DNA of 64,000 nt from an uncultured Phycisphaerales bacterium (GCA_963844715.1 CAWJPJ010000006.1:416001-480000), one strand, 5' to 3'. Counted from the first letter of the stretch, positions 31,730-42,316 are shown. Translations and numbers: made by a program. The notes: generated from the sequence alone by a model not told the origin.

Positions 31730-32368
31730 TTATGCGGCAAGGGAGCGGCGGCGGCTCAAGAGGCAGAGGCCCGCCAGCGAAAGGATCGCTATCGATGTCG
31801 GCTCCGGCACCGCGACCGCCTTGGCGCTGGAATTCCAGCTATAGGTGCACCCCGAAGTCGTAAACGTCGCGACCCAGGAAGCGGGACTGGAGTCGGAGGG
31901 GGAGATGCTGTCCGAAATCGTCCCGGACCCGCTCAACTCCAACGCGCTGGACGTATCCAGCGGCTCAGTCAACGTGTTCAGCGTGAACTTGTACGTGACC
32001 CCGCCGAAAGTAACTTGCCACAGAGGCGAAGTTGTCGGTACCGGCAATTGCGGAGGATTGATCTCCAATGGCGAAAAAAGGTCAACCAGCGTGCTGGTGG
32101 TGATACCGGCGAAGGTGCCAGTGGGATTGGCGGAAACGTTGGTGGTGCCGAACACCAGGCTATGGGCGAGCGTGAAGTCCATCGCTTCGGTTCCAGTTCC
32201 CGAAGCATTCAAATAGGCTGTCACGTTGCCGTTGAACGAAATTGCGCCATGAATCGCCGCGGCGTGCGCCCGATCGGCGGAAAGAGAAATCGCCAGGGCC
32301 CCGGCCAGAACTGAACACAAGATCGCGGACACCCGGCGCGATCGCATTTGTTTTCCCTGCATCTTCAT
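31730..32368 (-). CDS. PEP-CTERM protein, Ser/Thr-rich
   Basis: Signal peptide ending AHA; C-terminal VPEPTSIAILSLAGLCLLSRRR. Confidence 0.9.
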   Translation of the reverse strand: MKMQGKQMRSRRVSAILCSVLAGALAISLSADRAHAAAIHGAISFNGNVTAYLNASGTGTEAMDFTLAHSLVFGTTNVSANPTGTFAGITTSTLVDLFSPLEINPPQLPVPTTSPLWQVTFGGVTYKFTLNTLTEPLDTSSALELSGSGTISDSISPSDSSPASWVATFTTSGCTYSWNSSAKAVAVPEPTSIAILSLAGLCLLSRRRSLAA

Positions 32369-32759
32369 CTCCCAGGTCGTTGCGCTGGCATGGGTCACAC
32401 AGCGCTTTGCAGGAGTCTTCGAGCAAGCAGCCACCAAGCGGTGACTGACGGTTCCTGCCCGCGACTCATTGCAAGAACCCTTTTGCCACGGATGGCATTG
32501 GGGCGTCAACGAGATTCGAGGAGATTTACCCCCGAAAAATCAGATAAATTCGCGAAAGTATTTTTGTTTGGTTACGACTCATTTCTCTTCATCAGGTTGT
32601 CTTGCATAGTCCCCTTCCTGACCACAAACTGCCCGTGCAAATCTTTCCGGGCTGGAAATCCAATCCATGGAAAAACCACCGTCGCAAAACGCGAAATGCG
32701 TGTCGCAAGAGTCGATGTATAGATGGGTAAATTGGCGGCAGGCTGGAGATGTGGCGCTT

Positions 32760-33441
32760 TTATGACCCGGTCAGCCACTGAACCGTGCCCGCGGAGAGGT
32801 TGTAGCGCGCCCCCAGCACGGTGAGGTTTTTCGCGTGCACTTCATGCTCCAGAATCGGGTCGGTGGACTTGATTTGATACACCACGCGCAGGACATTTTC
32901 GTTGATGGCGTTGTCGAGCAGGTCGCCCGGCTCCAGCCTGGCTTTTTCTACGGAGGGTTCGATCGCCTGCGTAATACTGCCGATATTTCCGGGCATTTCC
33001 TCACCACTGACGGCCGCCGCCACGGCTCCACATTTGTCGTGACCGAGCACCACAACCAGATGCACGCCCAAATGTTCGACCGCGTATTCAATGCTTCCCA
33101 GCGCCTGGGCATCCACAACATTCCCCGCCACGCGCACGACAAACAGATCGCCCAGACCCTGATCGAAAACGATCTCCGGCGGCACGCGCGAATCGGAACA
33201 GCCGACGATCACCGCAAACGGATGCTGTCCGGCGGCGACATCCGTGCGCCGATCCGAATCCTGATTCAAATGCAACGGATGCCCCGAGGCGAAGCGCTCG
33301 TTGCCGGCGATGAGTTGCTGGATGGGAGTCTGATTGGCGGCTGCGTCGTGCGCCGGGGCGGATTGACTTGCACAGCCGCACGCAATCAGCAGAGAGGCCA
33401 ACCCAAGCGCAAGGCGCAGAAAGCCGAATCAAGTTCCTCAT
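32760..33441 (-). CDS. Beta-class carbonic anhydrase, predicted lipoprotein (frameshift in the signal peptide)
   Basis: GNERF, CSDSRV, VRVAGN, GHDKCGAV. Confidence 0.92.
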
Positions 33442-33549
33442 CGTCCGCATCCTCCGCGAATATGCGGACGAAATGATACTGCGCACGCGACTTCACCGCC
33501 AGACATTTCTCGGAATTCGATCGGGAGCCTTACTTCGGCAGGTCCTTGC

Positions 33550-34038
33550 TTAAGCGGCGTGGGAATAGAATTTCTTCTCCGAACTCTGGAATTCGATCCC
33601 CGTCCCCGCCGCCATCGGCGTCGTGTCGGCCGACTTCAAATCCCCCAGCGCCTTCAATTTCAGCGAGACCTCGCGAATGCGCTCTTCCAACTGGTCCTCG
33701 GCCTCGGTGGAAACCAGTCCCTGACACTCGCTGGAGAAAAGCTGCACGCTGACCAGAAAATTGTTCATGATGTCCTGAACGGTTCGCATGGTCGCCTTCA
33801 AGACTTCCAGGCGCTGATCCTCGAGAGACAATCGCTGGCGCAACATCGCGCTGTCGACCGAGACGCCGAGGATGATCAGGAATAGCCCAGCCACCACGTC
33901 ATCGATGCTGGAAGCATCCATCGAAATCAGGTTTTCAAGGTTGACGATGTTGAGCTTGAGGAATTTGCCCGCGGCCACGAGCCCAATAGCGAGAAGCATC
34001 GCGATGAACGTCATTCGGAAGCGACTTAAGAATTTCAT
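33550..34038 (-). CDS. Membrane protein with degenerate HisKA/DHp-like helix pair
   Basis: 2 TM helices, then ATMRTVQDIMNNFL; RBS AGGAGGG upstream. Confidence 0.6.
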   Translation of the reverse strand: MKFLSRFRMTFIAMLLAIGLVAAGKFLKLNIVNLENLISMDASSIDDVVAGLFLIILGVSVDSAMLRQRLSLEDQRLEVLKATMRTVQDIMNNFLVSVQLFSSECQGLVSTEAEDQLEERIREVSLKLKALGDLKSADTTPMAAGTGIEFQSSEKKFYSHAA

Positions 34039-34156
34039 ATTTCCCTCCTTGCGGGCCCCGCGACAAAGCGCGGACTCGAGGCACGTCTTGACTCCATTTT
34101 CCTATCGGGTTTACGGCACCCCATAATTAGGCCGCCGAACGTCTCATAAATGTTTC

Positions 34157-34621
34157 CTATTCCTGCTTCGTTATCGGCGTCTTGGCAAATCCAATAATCA
34201 GCAGCACCCACGCCACGATCAGGGCCAGTCCCGCCACGATATGCGCCAGTTTGACGAACAATTCCTGTGCAGCAGTTCCGCCGGTCGCGCCCGCCTGGTG
34301 CGCGGCGATCGGAAGAATCTGGTTGGTCCCCCACCACGAATTAGCGACTTCCGACCCGAGCATGACCCACGTAAGCCACGCCGCCAAAATCATCACGGCG
34401 ATCGACTTGCACCCGATGGAATGAGGAAGGCTCAAAAGAAGAATCGCCAGAACAATGAAGAGCAGACCGCTTCCCTCGAAGCCGATGTGCGCTGACAGCG
34501 CCAATCTTGGGAACGGCGTGTGGGGCACGACCAATCCCCAAACCAGCCCGGCCAGAATGAAGAGCATTCCGTGCATGAGGATCTGTTTCCCGCCGCGTGT
34601 GCGAGCCCGAGTATCACTCAT
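34157..34621 (-). CDS. 4-TM membrane protein resembling styrene oxide isomerase (StyC) homologues
   Basis: HG.LF...L..G and LSAH.G...G pattern; family assignment from memory. Confidence 0.55.
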   Translation of the reverse strand: MSDTRARTRGGKQILMHGMLFILAGLVWGLVVPHTPFPRLALSAHIGFEGSGLLFIVLAILLLSLPHSIGCKSIAVMILAAWLTWVMLGSEVANSWWGTNQILPIAAHQAGATGGTAAQELFVKLAHIVAGLALIVAWVLLIIGFAKTPITKQE

Positions 34622-35114
34622 TCGCGCCTCCTTCGGTTGGTGTATCCGTTGATACGGCCTTGGGCCGCGTCGTTGCCTGCGGCAAATGCGCAAGCACCCT
34701 CGCGGTAACGAGCCGGCACAGCGGCTCCGATCCGAAATATCCCACATCGACGCGAACCACGGCCATCGTTTCCGTTCGCTGCTCGACGCTTATGTCAAAT
34801 TTCGCGCCGCGATCATCCTCCAGCTCAAACTCCCAATTGGGTTTATTCGGCCTCACTCGCCTGTCGCGAAGCACCTGGAGTCGGAGATCCCACGCCGCCG
34901 AGCGCACCGCGTCTTCGATCTGCCGGGAATCCGCCATCACCGCTGTGTCGAGCCGGCCATCCTTGAATACCGATGTGCCCGTGCTGTACGCCGTTCCGGC
35001 GATATCAGCCACCGTACCCAGCGTGGCCAGCGGCGCCGCAGCGCATCCGCCGAGGATCGGTAGAGCCGAAACAACTATCCCCAGACGGATCAGCGTACAA
35101 ACTGACTTCTTCAT
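34614..35114 (-). CDS. DUF3568-like lipoprotein
   Basis: Lipobox LGGC; C-terminal VRVDVGYFGSE. Confidence 0.6.
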   Translation of the reverse strand: MKKSVCTLIRLGIVVSALPILGGCAAAPLATLGTVADIAGTAYSTGTSVFKDGRLDTAVMADSRQIEDAVRSAAWDLRLQVLRDRRVRPNKPNWEFELEDDRGAKFDISVEQRTETMAVVRVDVGYFGSEPLCRLVTARVLAHLPQATTRPKAVSTDTPTEGGANE

Positions 35115-35120
35115 CCTCAG

Positions 35121-35516
35121 TCATGCTACAACTTTTTCAGCCAGGATGGCTACGGGCGCAATGTTCTGCTCCAGCTCCTTCGGGAAATGATGCCGCGAGC
35201 GAAGGTAATCCACGGAGTTATAGGACACCCAGACTTTCCCGCTGGCGTCTTCGGCGATCAGAATTTTCAGCGGCAGATCGATCGCGGCGCTGGGCGCCGC
35301 CTGCATCACCGGCGTTCCCGATTTAGGATCTCCGAAAATCAGCAGCTTCGTCGGGCGCATGGAAAGACCCGCCTTGGCAGCTTCGCCGCTGTGATCGACC
35401 AGAGCGAAGAGCGCGATACCCTTGGCGGCGAGGATGCCTTTCAATCGCCCCACCGCTTCGTCCACGGGATATTTACACGCCAGAGACACGATGCCGTCGC
35501 GTTCTTGTTTTTTCAT
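35121..35516 (-). CDS. DUF302 family protein
   Basis: LFALVDHS..A...GL, LLIFGDPKSGTPVM, DLPLKILI. Confidence 0.9.
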   Translation of the reverse strand: MKKQERDGIVSLACKYPVDEAVGRLKGILAAKGIALFALVDHSGEAAKAGLSMRPTKLLIFGDPKSGTPVMQAAPSAAIDLPLKILIAEDASGKVWVSYNSVDYLRSRHHFPKELEQNIAPVAILAEKVVA

Positions 35517-35526
35517 GGGAAACCCT

Positions 35527-35919
35527 CTATCCGGCTGAGGAAGTGGTCAGTGAAATCACGGTGAGATAAATGGCTGTCGCGATGCCGATGCATGCCAGCG
35601 CGATTGCGATGGTTATTCCAAGTCTGGAAACGCCGAGATCGCGGCGACCGGATTTCAGGTTCGCCACCAGGCTGACGTGATGCAGCGTCGCGGCGACGTT
35701 CACAATCACGCCGATGCAGACCAAGGCCACGCCAAACCAAACGGAAACCCCCGAAGGCTGATGCGGCCCGCCGCTTTTTAGATTTTGAAATTCGCGCAGA
35801 AAGATTCCGAAACGCGCCAGAACAAACCCGAAACCCATCAGGGCGATGCCGGTGCGAATCCACGCGAGATAAGTCCTCTCCGCGGCAAGAAAAACGCGAG
35901 GATCATTCTGCGGTTCCAT
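35527..35919 (-). CDS. DUF202 (YidH-like) membrane protein
   Basis: DPRVFLAAERTYLAWIRT. Confidence 0.9.
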   Translation of the reverse strand: MEPQNDPRVFLAAERTYLAWIRTGIALMGFGFVLARFGIFLREFQNLKSGGPHQPSGVSVWFGVALVCIGVIVNVAATLHHVSLVANLKSGRRDLGVSRLGITIAIALACIGIATAIYLTVISLTTSSAG

Positions 35920-35932
35920 GGATTTGAATTCC

Positions 35933-36041
35933 AATCTTAATCTTAATCGTAATCATAATCTTAATCGCGTCTTTCCGTCGCGGTCAGCGGCATGAGTCCA
36001 AATCAAAAGACGATTACGATTACGATTACAATTGAGATTAA
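35933..36041. repeat. Hairpin with hexamer tandem arms (TAATCN/GATTAN), interrupted by the IS; arm resumes at 36939-36947
   Basis: AATCTTAATCTTAATCGTAATCATAATCTTAATCG versus CGATTACGATTACGATTACAATTGAGATTAA...GATTATGAG. Confidence 0.8.
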
Positions 36042-36935
36042 GAGCCTCTAACAAAAATGCGAATGAAGCCTGTTCCAACAGATCATTGCCTCACCCACGG
36101 TCATGAACGCGGCGTGGATGTCGGGCCGTTTTTCGTAACGGACTCGCAGTCGGCGATTCTGATGCAACCAACTCAGCGTACGCTCCACCGGCCAGCGGGT
36201 TTTGCCAAGACCACTTCCGTGCGGGCGGTTGCGTCGGGCCAGCAACGGGCGGCTGCCACGCTGACGCAACGCCTTTCGGTGCGGTTCGGAGTGATACGCC
36301 CGGTCTCCCTGCACCACCTCGAACCGCCAGCGCGGCCGGCCCGGTTTGCCCGAGACCTTTGGAATCGCATCGATCAGCGGCAGCAGTTGCGTGATGTCGT
36401 GGCGGTTGGCCGCCGTCAGGAGGGCAACCATCGGCGTGCCGTTGCCATCGGTCAATACATGGTGCTTGGAACCGTTTTTCCTGCGATCTACCGGGCTCGG
36501 ACCCGTTTTTTTCCCCCGTGCACGGCCCGCACGGAAGCAGAATCCACCAAGGCCCGCGACCAGTCGATGGCATTCGACCGCCGCAATCGATTCAGCAATA
36601 GTCCGTGCAGCTTCGTCCAAACCCCACGATGGTTCCAATCGCGCAGTCGACGCCAGCAACTCATGCCGCTGCCGCATCCCATCTCCTGGGGAAGGTATTC
36701 CCACGGAATGCCGGTTTTGAGCACGAACAGAATACCCGACAACGCCGCGCGATCGTCCAGCGGCGGCCGGCCGCGCTTTCCTGGACCACTGCGGTGCTTG
36801 GGAAGCAGGGGTCGGATCAACTCCCAAAGCTCGTCGGTCACCAACGGCTTGGTCATAAAGCCCTCCATGGCTAAGACCAAGCCGTATTGTCCGATCAACC
36901 ATAAACATGGGGAAGTGCATTTTTGTTAGAGGCTC
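36042..36935 (-). mobile_element. IS5-family insertion sequence (IS427/IS1031-like), 894 bp
   Basis: Perfect 19-bp TIRs GAGCCTCTAACAAAAATGC; TAA target duplication at 36039-36041 and 36936-36938. Confidence 0.95.
36048..36856 (-). CDS. IS5 DDE transposase, OrfA/OrfB joined by a probable programmed frameshift
   Basis: VTDELWELIRPLLP, GIPWEYLP, GSKHHVLTD, GDRAY, RWPVERTLSW; slippery G5A7 run at about 36506-36517. Confidence 0.9.
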
Positions 36936-37005
36936 TAAGATTATGAGGGGAAAACAGCTCGATTACCCGCCTAAACTTCGTCAGCAGTTTACGAAGGAGT
37001 CCAGC

Positions 37006-37647
37006 ATGAAAGTCGGCATTCTTGGTTCTGGCGATGTCGGTAAATCTCTGGCCGAAGGTTTTCTCAAGCACGGGCATGATGTGACTGTCGGATCGCGCGA
37101 TCCAGGCAAGCTGGCCGAGTGGAACAAGAAGAATCCGAAAGCCAAGGTCGGCACATTCGATCAGACGGCTAAGTATGGCGAACTGGTCGTCCTGGCCGTG
37201 AATGGGAATGTCGCGGATCAAGCGCTGCAATTGGCGGGGGCGGCAAATTTAGCCGGTAAACCGGTCATCGACGCGTGCAATCCCACGGCCAACGTCCCGC
37301 CGGTCAACGGCGTGCTCACGCTTTTCACTGATTCCACAATGTCCCTGATGGAGAAACTTCAAAAGCAATTCCCGGCGGCGAATTTTGTAAAGGCGTTCAA
37401 TACCATCGGACATAACCTGATGGTCAACCCAAAATTCAAGGACGGGAAACCGACGATGTTTTTCTGCGGGAACAACGAGTCGGCCAAGAAAGCGGTCGTC
37501 AGCATCCTCGAAGAATTCGGCTGGGAGCCTTTCGACGCCGGAAAGGTCGAGGCGGCAAGAGCCATCGAGCCCTTGTGCGTGCTGTGGATCGTGCCGGGGT
37601 TAATCCGGAATGAATGGAATCACGCGTACAAAATGCTTCGGGCGTAA
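37006..37647 (+). CDS. NADPH-dependent F420 reductase-like oxidoreductase
   Basis: MKVGILGSGDVG, VIDACNP, VKAFNT, ARAIEP; RBS AAGGAG. Confidence 0.88.
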   Translation: MKVGILGSGDVGKSLAEGFLKHGHDVTVGSRDPGKLAEWNKKNPKAKVGTFDQTAKYGELVVLAVNGNVADQALQLAGAANLAGKPVIDACNPTANVPPVNGVLTLFTDSTMSLMEKLQKQFPAANFVKAFNTIGHNLMVNPKFKDGKPTMFFCGNNESAKKAVVSILEEFGWEPFDAGKVEAARAIEPLCVLWIVPGLIRNEWNHAYKMLRA

Positions 37648-37672
37648 GGCGACGTAAAATTAAACGATCATT

Positions 37673-37704
37673 AAAGGCCAATGGATCGCCATCCCTTGGC
37701 CTTT
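37673..37704. repeat. Solitary REP-like palindrome of the same family as 54089-54936, in terminator position
   Basis: AAAGGCCAATGGATCGCCATCCCTTGGCCTTT compared with AAAGCCAATGGATGGCCATCCGTTGGCTTT. Confidence 0.65.
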
Positions 37705-37823
37705 TTCCTGCGCCGCCCCATCGCTCCTTCCCCGCACAAACCGCCCAAATTCCACGCGTTTTTGAGCCCGCGATCATTGCGCGTTTTTGTCTCCATCGGC
37801 GCTTACCTGAGTAGGAGGCTGGC

Positions 37824-38252
37824 ATGAAACGAGCACAACTTTCGATGCGATTATTCGCCATCCCATTAGGCCTTGCGGCGCTGGTGGGGTTATCCGGCTG
37901 CGCAACCGGGTGCGGCGGGTTCCTCACTTGCGCTGGCCCGGGATTCAACGGCGGATTCGGGCCGAGGCAGTTCGATATCGCCTATGGCCCGGCCAGACAT
38001 TACGGCGGATTTAACAATCACGACGATCGGGGCGACCACCATAACGCGGGTGATCGTGGGCATGACGCTGGTGATCACCATCACGACCTCGACATCCCCC
38101 ACCACGATGATTTCGCCAATCATGGCGCCGGCGATCGTCATTTAGATTTCGACCGCTCCCCATCTCATGATTCCGCGCCGGACCGCTCTGCTGATGGCGG
38201 CCATGCGACGATTGCAGCCGCTCCCGAACCCTCGGGCGGAGGGAAAAAGTAG
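37824..38252 (+). CDS. His/Asp-rich putative lipoprotein
   Basis: RBS AGGAGG, lipobox LSGC, 14 His in a low-complexity tail. Confidence 0.6.
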   Translation: MKRAQLSMRLFAIPLGLAALVGLSGCATGCGGFLTCAGPGFNGGFGPRQFDIAYGPARHYGGFNNHDDRGDHHNAGDRGHDAGDHHHDLDIPHHDDFANHGAGDRHLDFDRSPSHDSAPDRSADGGHATIAAAPEPSGGGKK

Positions 38253-38319
38253 TCGCGATCACGCAATCCACGTCAATTCAATTTATCGTTTTACCTCACG
38301 GTCTTCAGAGCCTGGCTTT

Positions 38320-39104
38320 TTAACCAGGTTTCACGGCCCGAATCGCCAGGAACATCGGAATTTCCTTTCTGGCGAGGTTTTCGGCTGCGGCTCGGGGGCC
38401 GCTGTCGCTGTGTTTGTGGCTGGGCCATTCTTCCATCGCATCGACGAGCAGACCCCCTTGCCGGAGGGCTTTGACGTAAGCGCTGATCGGTCGGTGGAAG
38501 GTCCAGGTGTATTGGTCGGGCTGCGAGCCGGGATGAGTCACTATCGGGCTTTTGCGGGGAAGGAGGTACCTGTCTATGCGGCGATATTGCACCTTCTCTT
38601 TGTCGTCCCAGCCCCACTGGGCGTATTCGGCCCCACGGAAGCAGGGATGGACCATGACGATGACGAGCTTGCCGTTGGGCTTCAGGGATCGAGCAGCGCC
38701 GGAAAGAACCGGGGCGAAGGGTTGGATATTCTGGATGGCAAGTAAACAGGCGGCGCCTGCAAAGTGATTTTGCGGCAGAAAAGCCAGGTCGCGCACGTCG
38801 CCGACCTGGTATTGAATGGCCGCCGGGCCGCGCTGGCGTGCGGCGGCGATCAGGCTCTCCGATGCGTCTACCCCCGTGACATTCGCCTCGCGTTCCTGCA
38901 GGGCTCGGCAAAAGACGCCCTGCCCGCAGGCGATATCGAGGATTGGGTCCCCTGCCGCCGGAGCCAGGAGGCGCAGGGCGCGCGGGGATGACGACATGCT
39001 GGTGGAATTCGCTGCCTTTGTCGCCGACCAGATCGTCGTACCAATCGGCGACGCGCTCCCAATCGGTCGCGCAGCTTGCCAGATTTGCTTCCTTTCGCTC
39101 TCAT
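38320..39104 (-). CDS. Class I SAM-dependent methyltransferase (frameshifts near start)
   Basis: LDIACGQG, VTGVDAS, HPCF, FHRPISAY; N-terminal W..VADWYD in a shifted frame. Confidence 0.85.
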
Positions 39105-39199
39105 ACGGTTCTGGAAAAAAGCCGGCGGTTTGCATGCCCGGATTTGTTCGAAGGGCGTCCGCTCGAGCTGGTCCGCGGAACAGTATCACGAGAGACGGC

Positions 39200-41684
39200 A
39201 TGACGCGAGACGCAACGTTCGACACCGCCATGGGCCATCTTCGGGCCGGGCGGCTTGGCGAAGCCGAGAAGCTCTATCGCCAGATTCTGGCCAAGCGCCG
39301 GACAATCCTAACGCGCTGCACATGCTGGGGGTGATTGCGCTTCAGTCGAAGCGAATCGACGAAGCGTCCGATTACATCGGCCGGGCGCTCCGAATCTTCC
39401 GTTTCTTCCTGAAGCGCACGGAAACATGGGAGCGGTTCGCCAGGCGCAGGGGCGTCTGGACGAAGCCATCGAGCATTATCGCAAGGCGCTATCGTTGCAG
39501 CCGAACTTTGCGATTGGTCATTTCCGGCTTGGGGAAGTACTCCAGAGTTGCGAGCGCTTGGACGAAGCGGCGGAGTCTTACCGGCGCACCATCGAACTCC
39601 AGCCGAGCTATGCCGAGGCGATGATCAATCTCGGCAATGTCTATTACTCGCAGCGTAAGGTCGACGACGCCTTGGCCTGTTACGAGCGGGCGTTGAAGCT
39701 CAAGCCGAATCTTCCCGAAGCCCACAACAATCTGGGGAATATGTACCAAACCCGGAAGGATTGGGACTTGGCGATCAAATCCTACCGGCGGGCCATCCAG
39801 CTTCGCCCGGAATATCCGGATGCGCATTCCAACTTGAGTACCGCGCTACTCGAACTGGAAAAATACGATGACGCGGTTCAAGAAGCGCAGATCGCGATCA
39901 AATTGAATCCACAGGCAGCGGGAGCGATCAACAATCTGGGCAACGCCTATTCGAAGATGGGAAAGCTCGAACTTGCGGCGGAGGCGTTTGAGAAGGCGCT
40001 AGCGCTCAATCCGCAATACGCCGAGGCTGTTGTGAATCTCGGCAACGTTTATCAGGAGCGCGACGAATACGAGGAGGCGATCAAATGCTATCGCCGCGCG
40101 TTGGAGGTAAATCCCCAGCTTGTCGGCGCGATCAATAATTTGGGGACCGCCCTTCAGGCGCTGGGGAAGATGCAGGAGGCGGTCGATTGCTTCCACCGGG
40201 TCATCGAAATGGATCCGAAGCATTTCAGCGCGCTGGGGAACCTTGGAAACATCCTTCAGGCGACGGGAAAACCCGAGGAATCCAAGGATGCGTCGAAGCG
40301 GGCTTTGGAGCTTTCGCCAAACGTGCCGGATTTTTACTGCAACCTGGCCAATGCGTGCAAAGACCTCGGGCAGCTCGACGAGGCGATTCTCTATTATCGA
40401 AAAGCCCTGGAGCTAAATCCGGATTACGCGGCCGTTCACAGCAATCTGGTTTATACAATACATTTTCATCCCGGTTACGACTCCCAGGCCATCCTGCGGG
40501 AGAACAACGATTGGGATCGCCTGCACGCGCAGCCGCTGAAATCTGAAATCAAGCCCCCGTTGAACGATCGAAATCCGGATCGCAGGCTTCGCATCGGGTA
40601 CATTTCGCCGGATTTTCGGGATCACTGCCAGTCTTTCTTCACCGACCCCCTCTTGTCGCACCACGATCATGAAAACTTCGAGATCATCGCCTATTCGCGC
40701 GTGGTCAAGGAGGACGATTCAACCCGCCGATTGCGCGGATATTTCGACACGTGGAAGCCGATCGTGGGGAAAAGCTTCGAAGAGATGACCCAGATCATTC
40801 GCGACGACAAGATCGACGTGCTGGTGGACCTAACCATGCACATGGCCCATGGGCAGCTCCAGGTTTTCGCGCGCCGGCCGGCGCCGGTGCAGGTTTCCTG
40901 GCTGGCGTATCCCAGCACCACGGGCGTCGAGGCGATCGACTACCGCATCACGGACCCCTACCTTGATCCGCCGGGCAAATACGACGAGGACTATCGCGAG
41001 AAATCGTTCCGGCTCCCGGATACGTTCTGGTGCTACGACCTGACGATCGTGGGGATGAGCGAGGCGGACAGCCCGCGCGTGAGCATCCTGCCGGCGGATT
41101 TGCTGGGGTATGTCACGTTCGGGTCGCTGAATAATTTCTGCAAGGTTACGGAGCGCACGCTCGAGCTGTGGTCGAAGGCGCTGCTGGCGGTGCCGCGCTC
41201 GCGGCTTGTGTTGCTCTGCCACGAAGGGGAAGGCCGCCGGCGGGTGACCGAAATCCTTCAAAAGAACGGGATTGAACTGGACCGATTCGAATTTGTGGAC
41301 CGCCTGGCCCGCCGCGAGTACATGGACATGTACCGCCGCATCGACATCGGCTTGGACACGCTTCCCTACAACGGGCATACAACCAGTCTCGATTCATTCT
41401 GGATGGGCGTTCCGGTGGTGACGCGGATCGGGGAAACAATCGTGGGGCGCGCGGGGTGGAGCCAGCTTTCCAATCTCAATCTGCGTGAATTGGCCGCTGA
41501 GACGGACGAGCAATTCGTCAAAATCGCGGTCGATCTGGCCGCGGATCTGCCTCGCCTTGCGGAACTGTGCGCCGGACTGCGAAAGCGCATGCTGCAATCG
41601 CCTCTCATGGACGGCGCCAAATTCGCAAAAGGGATGGAAGCCGCGTATCGCCAGATGTGGCGAACGTGGTGCGAATCGAAGTAA
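39200..41684 (+). CDS. TPR-rich GT41 (SPINDLY-like) glycosyltransferase (frameshifts at 39295-39400)
   Basis: About 11 TPRs, RRLRIGYISPDF, APVQVSWLAYPSTTG, DTLPYNGHTTSLDSFWMGVP. Confidence 0.92.
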
Positions 41685-41865
41685 TCGTTTCCGGGGACGG
41701 CGCAAGGGAATCATTCCGCGCCGGATATGCCAGCTTTCTGGCCTCCCCAGTCCGATAATCTCCCGCCCCACTGAAGTTGCCCTCGTTTTTCGCCGCGCTC
41801 GCGGGTGAAAACAATTCGAAATAGTACGAGCCATCGAACGTTTGTTGGATGGAGGGAGTTTGAAT

Positions 41866-42098
41866 ATGCCGCTCAAGCGGACTTACTTTCATCGAAGCTA
41901 CGCCATCGCCCATCGCGTCTTCGGGTCGGAGGCGACGGATGAGATCATTCACCAATTCTGCGTAAGCCGCGCGGGCGATCCGCAGAATCTTCTTACCGCG
42001 CGACTCTAGAAGAAGCCAAGGCGGCGATCGACGAGTTAATTGACTTGCCTATTAATAGCGGCGATACAGTCCCGCCTCTTGCGCGGGCTCGGGCATAA
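41866..42098 (+). CDS. Small hypothetical protein (needs one frameshift)
   Basis: RBS GGAGGGAG; MPLKRTYFHR... continuing as TLEEAKAAIDELI in a shifted frame. Confidence 0.3.
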
Positions 42099-42144
42099 AA
42101 ACATTGCTTGCCGCGAAGGCCGGCCAGGGCGGGTAGTATACCAC

Positions 42145-42316
42145 CGCGAAGAAGAAAAGAGATTCAACCGCGGATTTCGCGGATGGGCGCGGATAAAATC
42201 GAAAATTGTTTTGACCTTCCGCCCGCCCGGTGGGCGCGGGGAAGGTCATATTTTTGAAATGCAATTCCTTATCCGCGCCCATCTGTGAAATCCGCGCTTA
42301 ATTGTCTTTCTTCGCG
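42145..42316. repeat. Hairpin with CGCGGAT-based nonamer arms
   Basis: 42166-42196 is the reverse complement of 42269-42299 with 3 mismatches; outer CGCGAAGAA/TTCTTCGCG. Confidence 0.85.

Noticed and set aside
32370..32759. c-di-GMP riboswitch or sigma54 promoter upstream of the PEP-CTERM gene
   Set aside because: GGCAAA is present but the GEMM architecture is not; the TGGCA-to-TTGCA spacing is 3 nt too long
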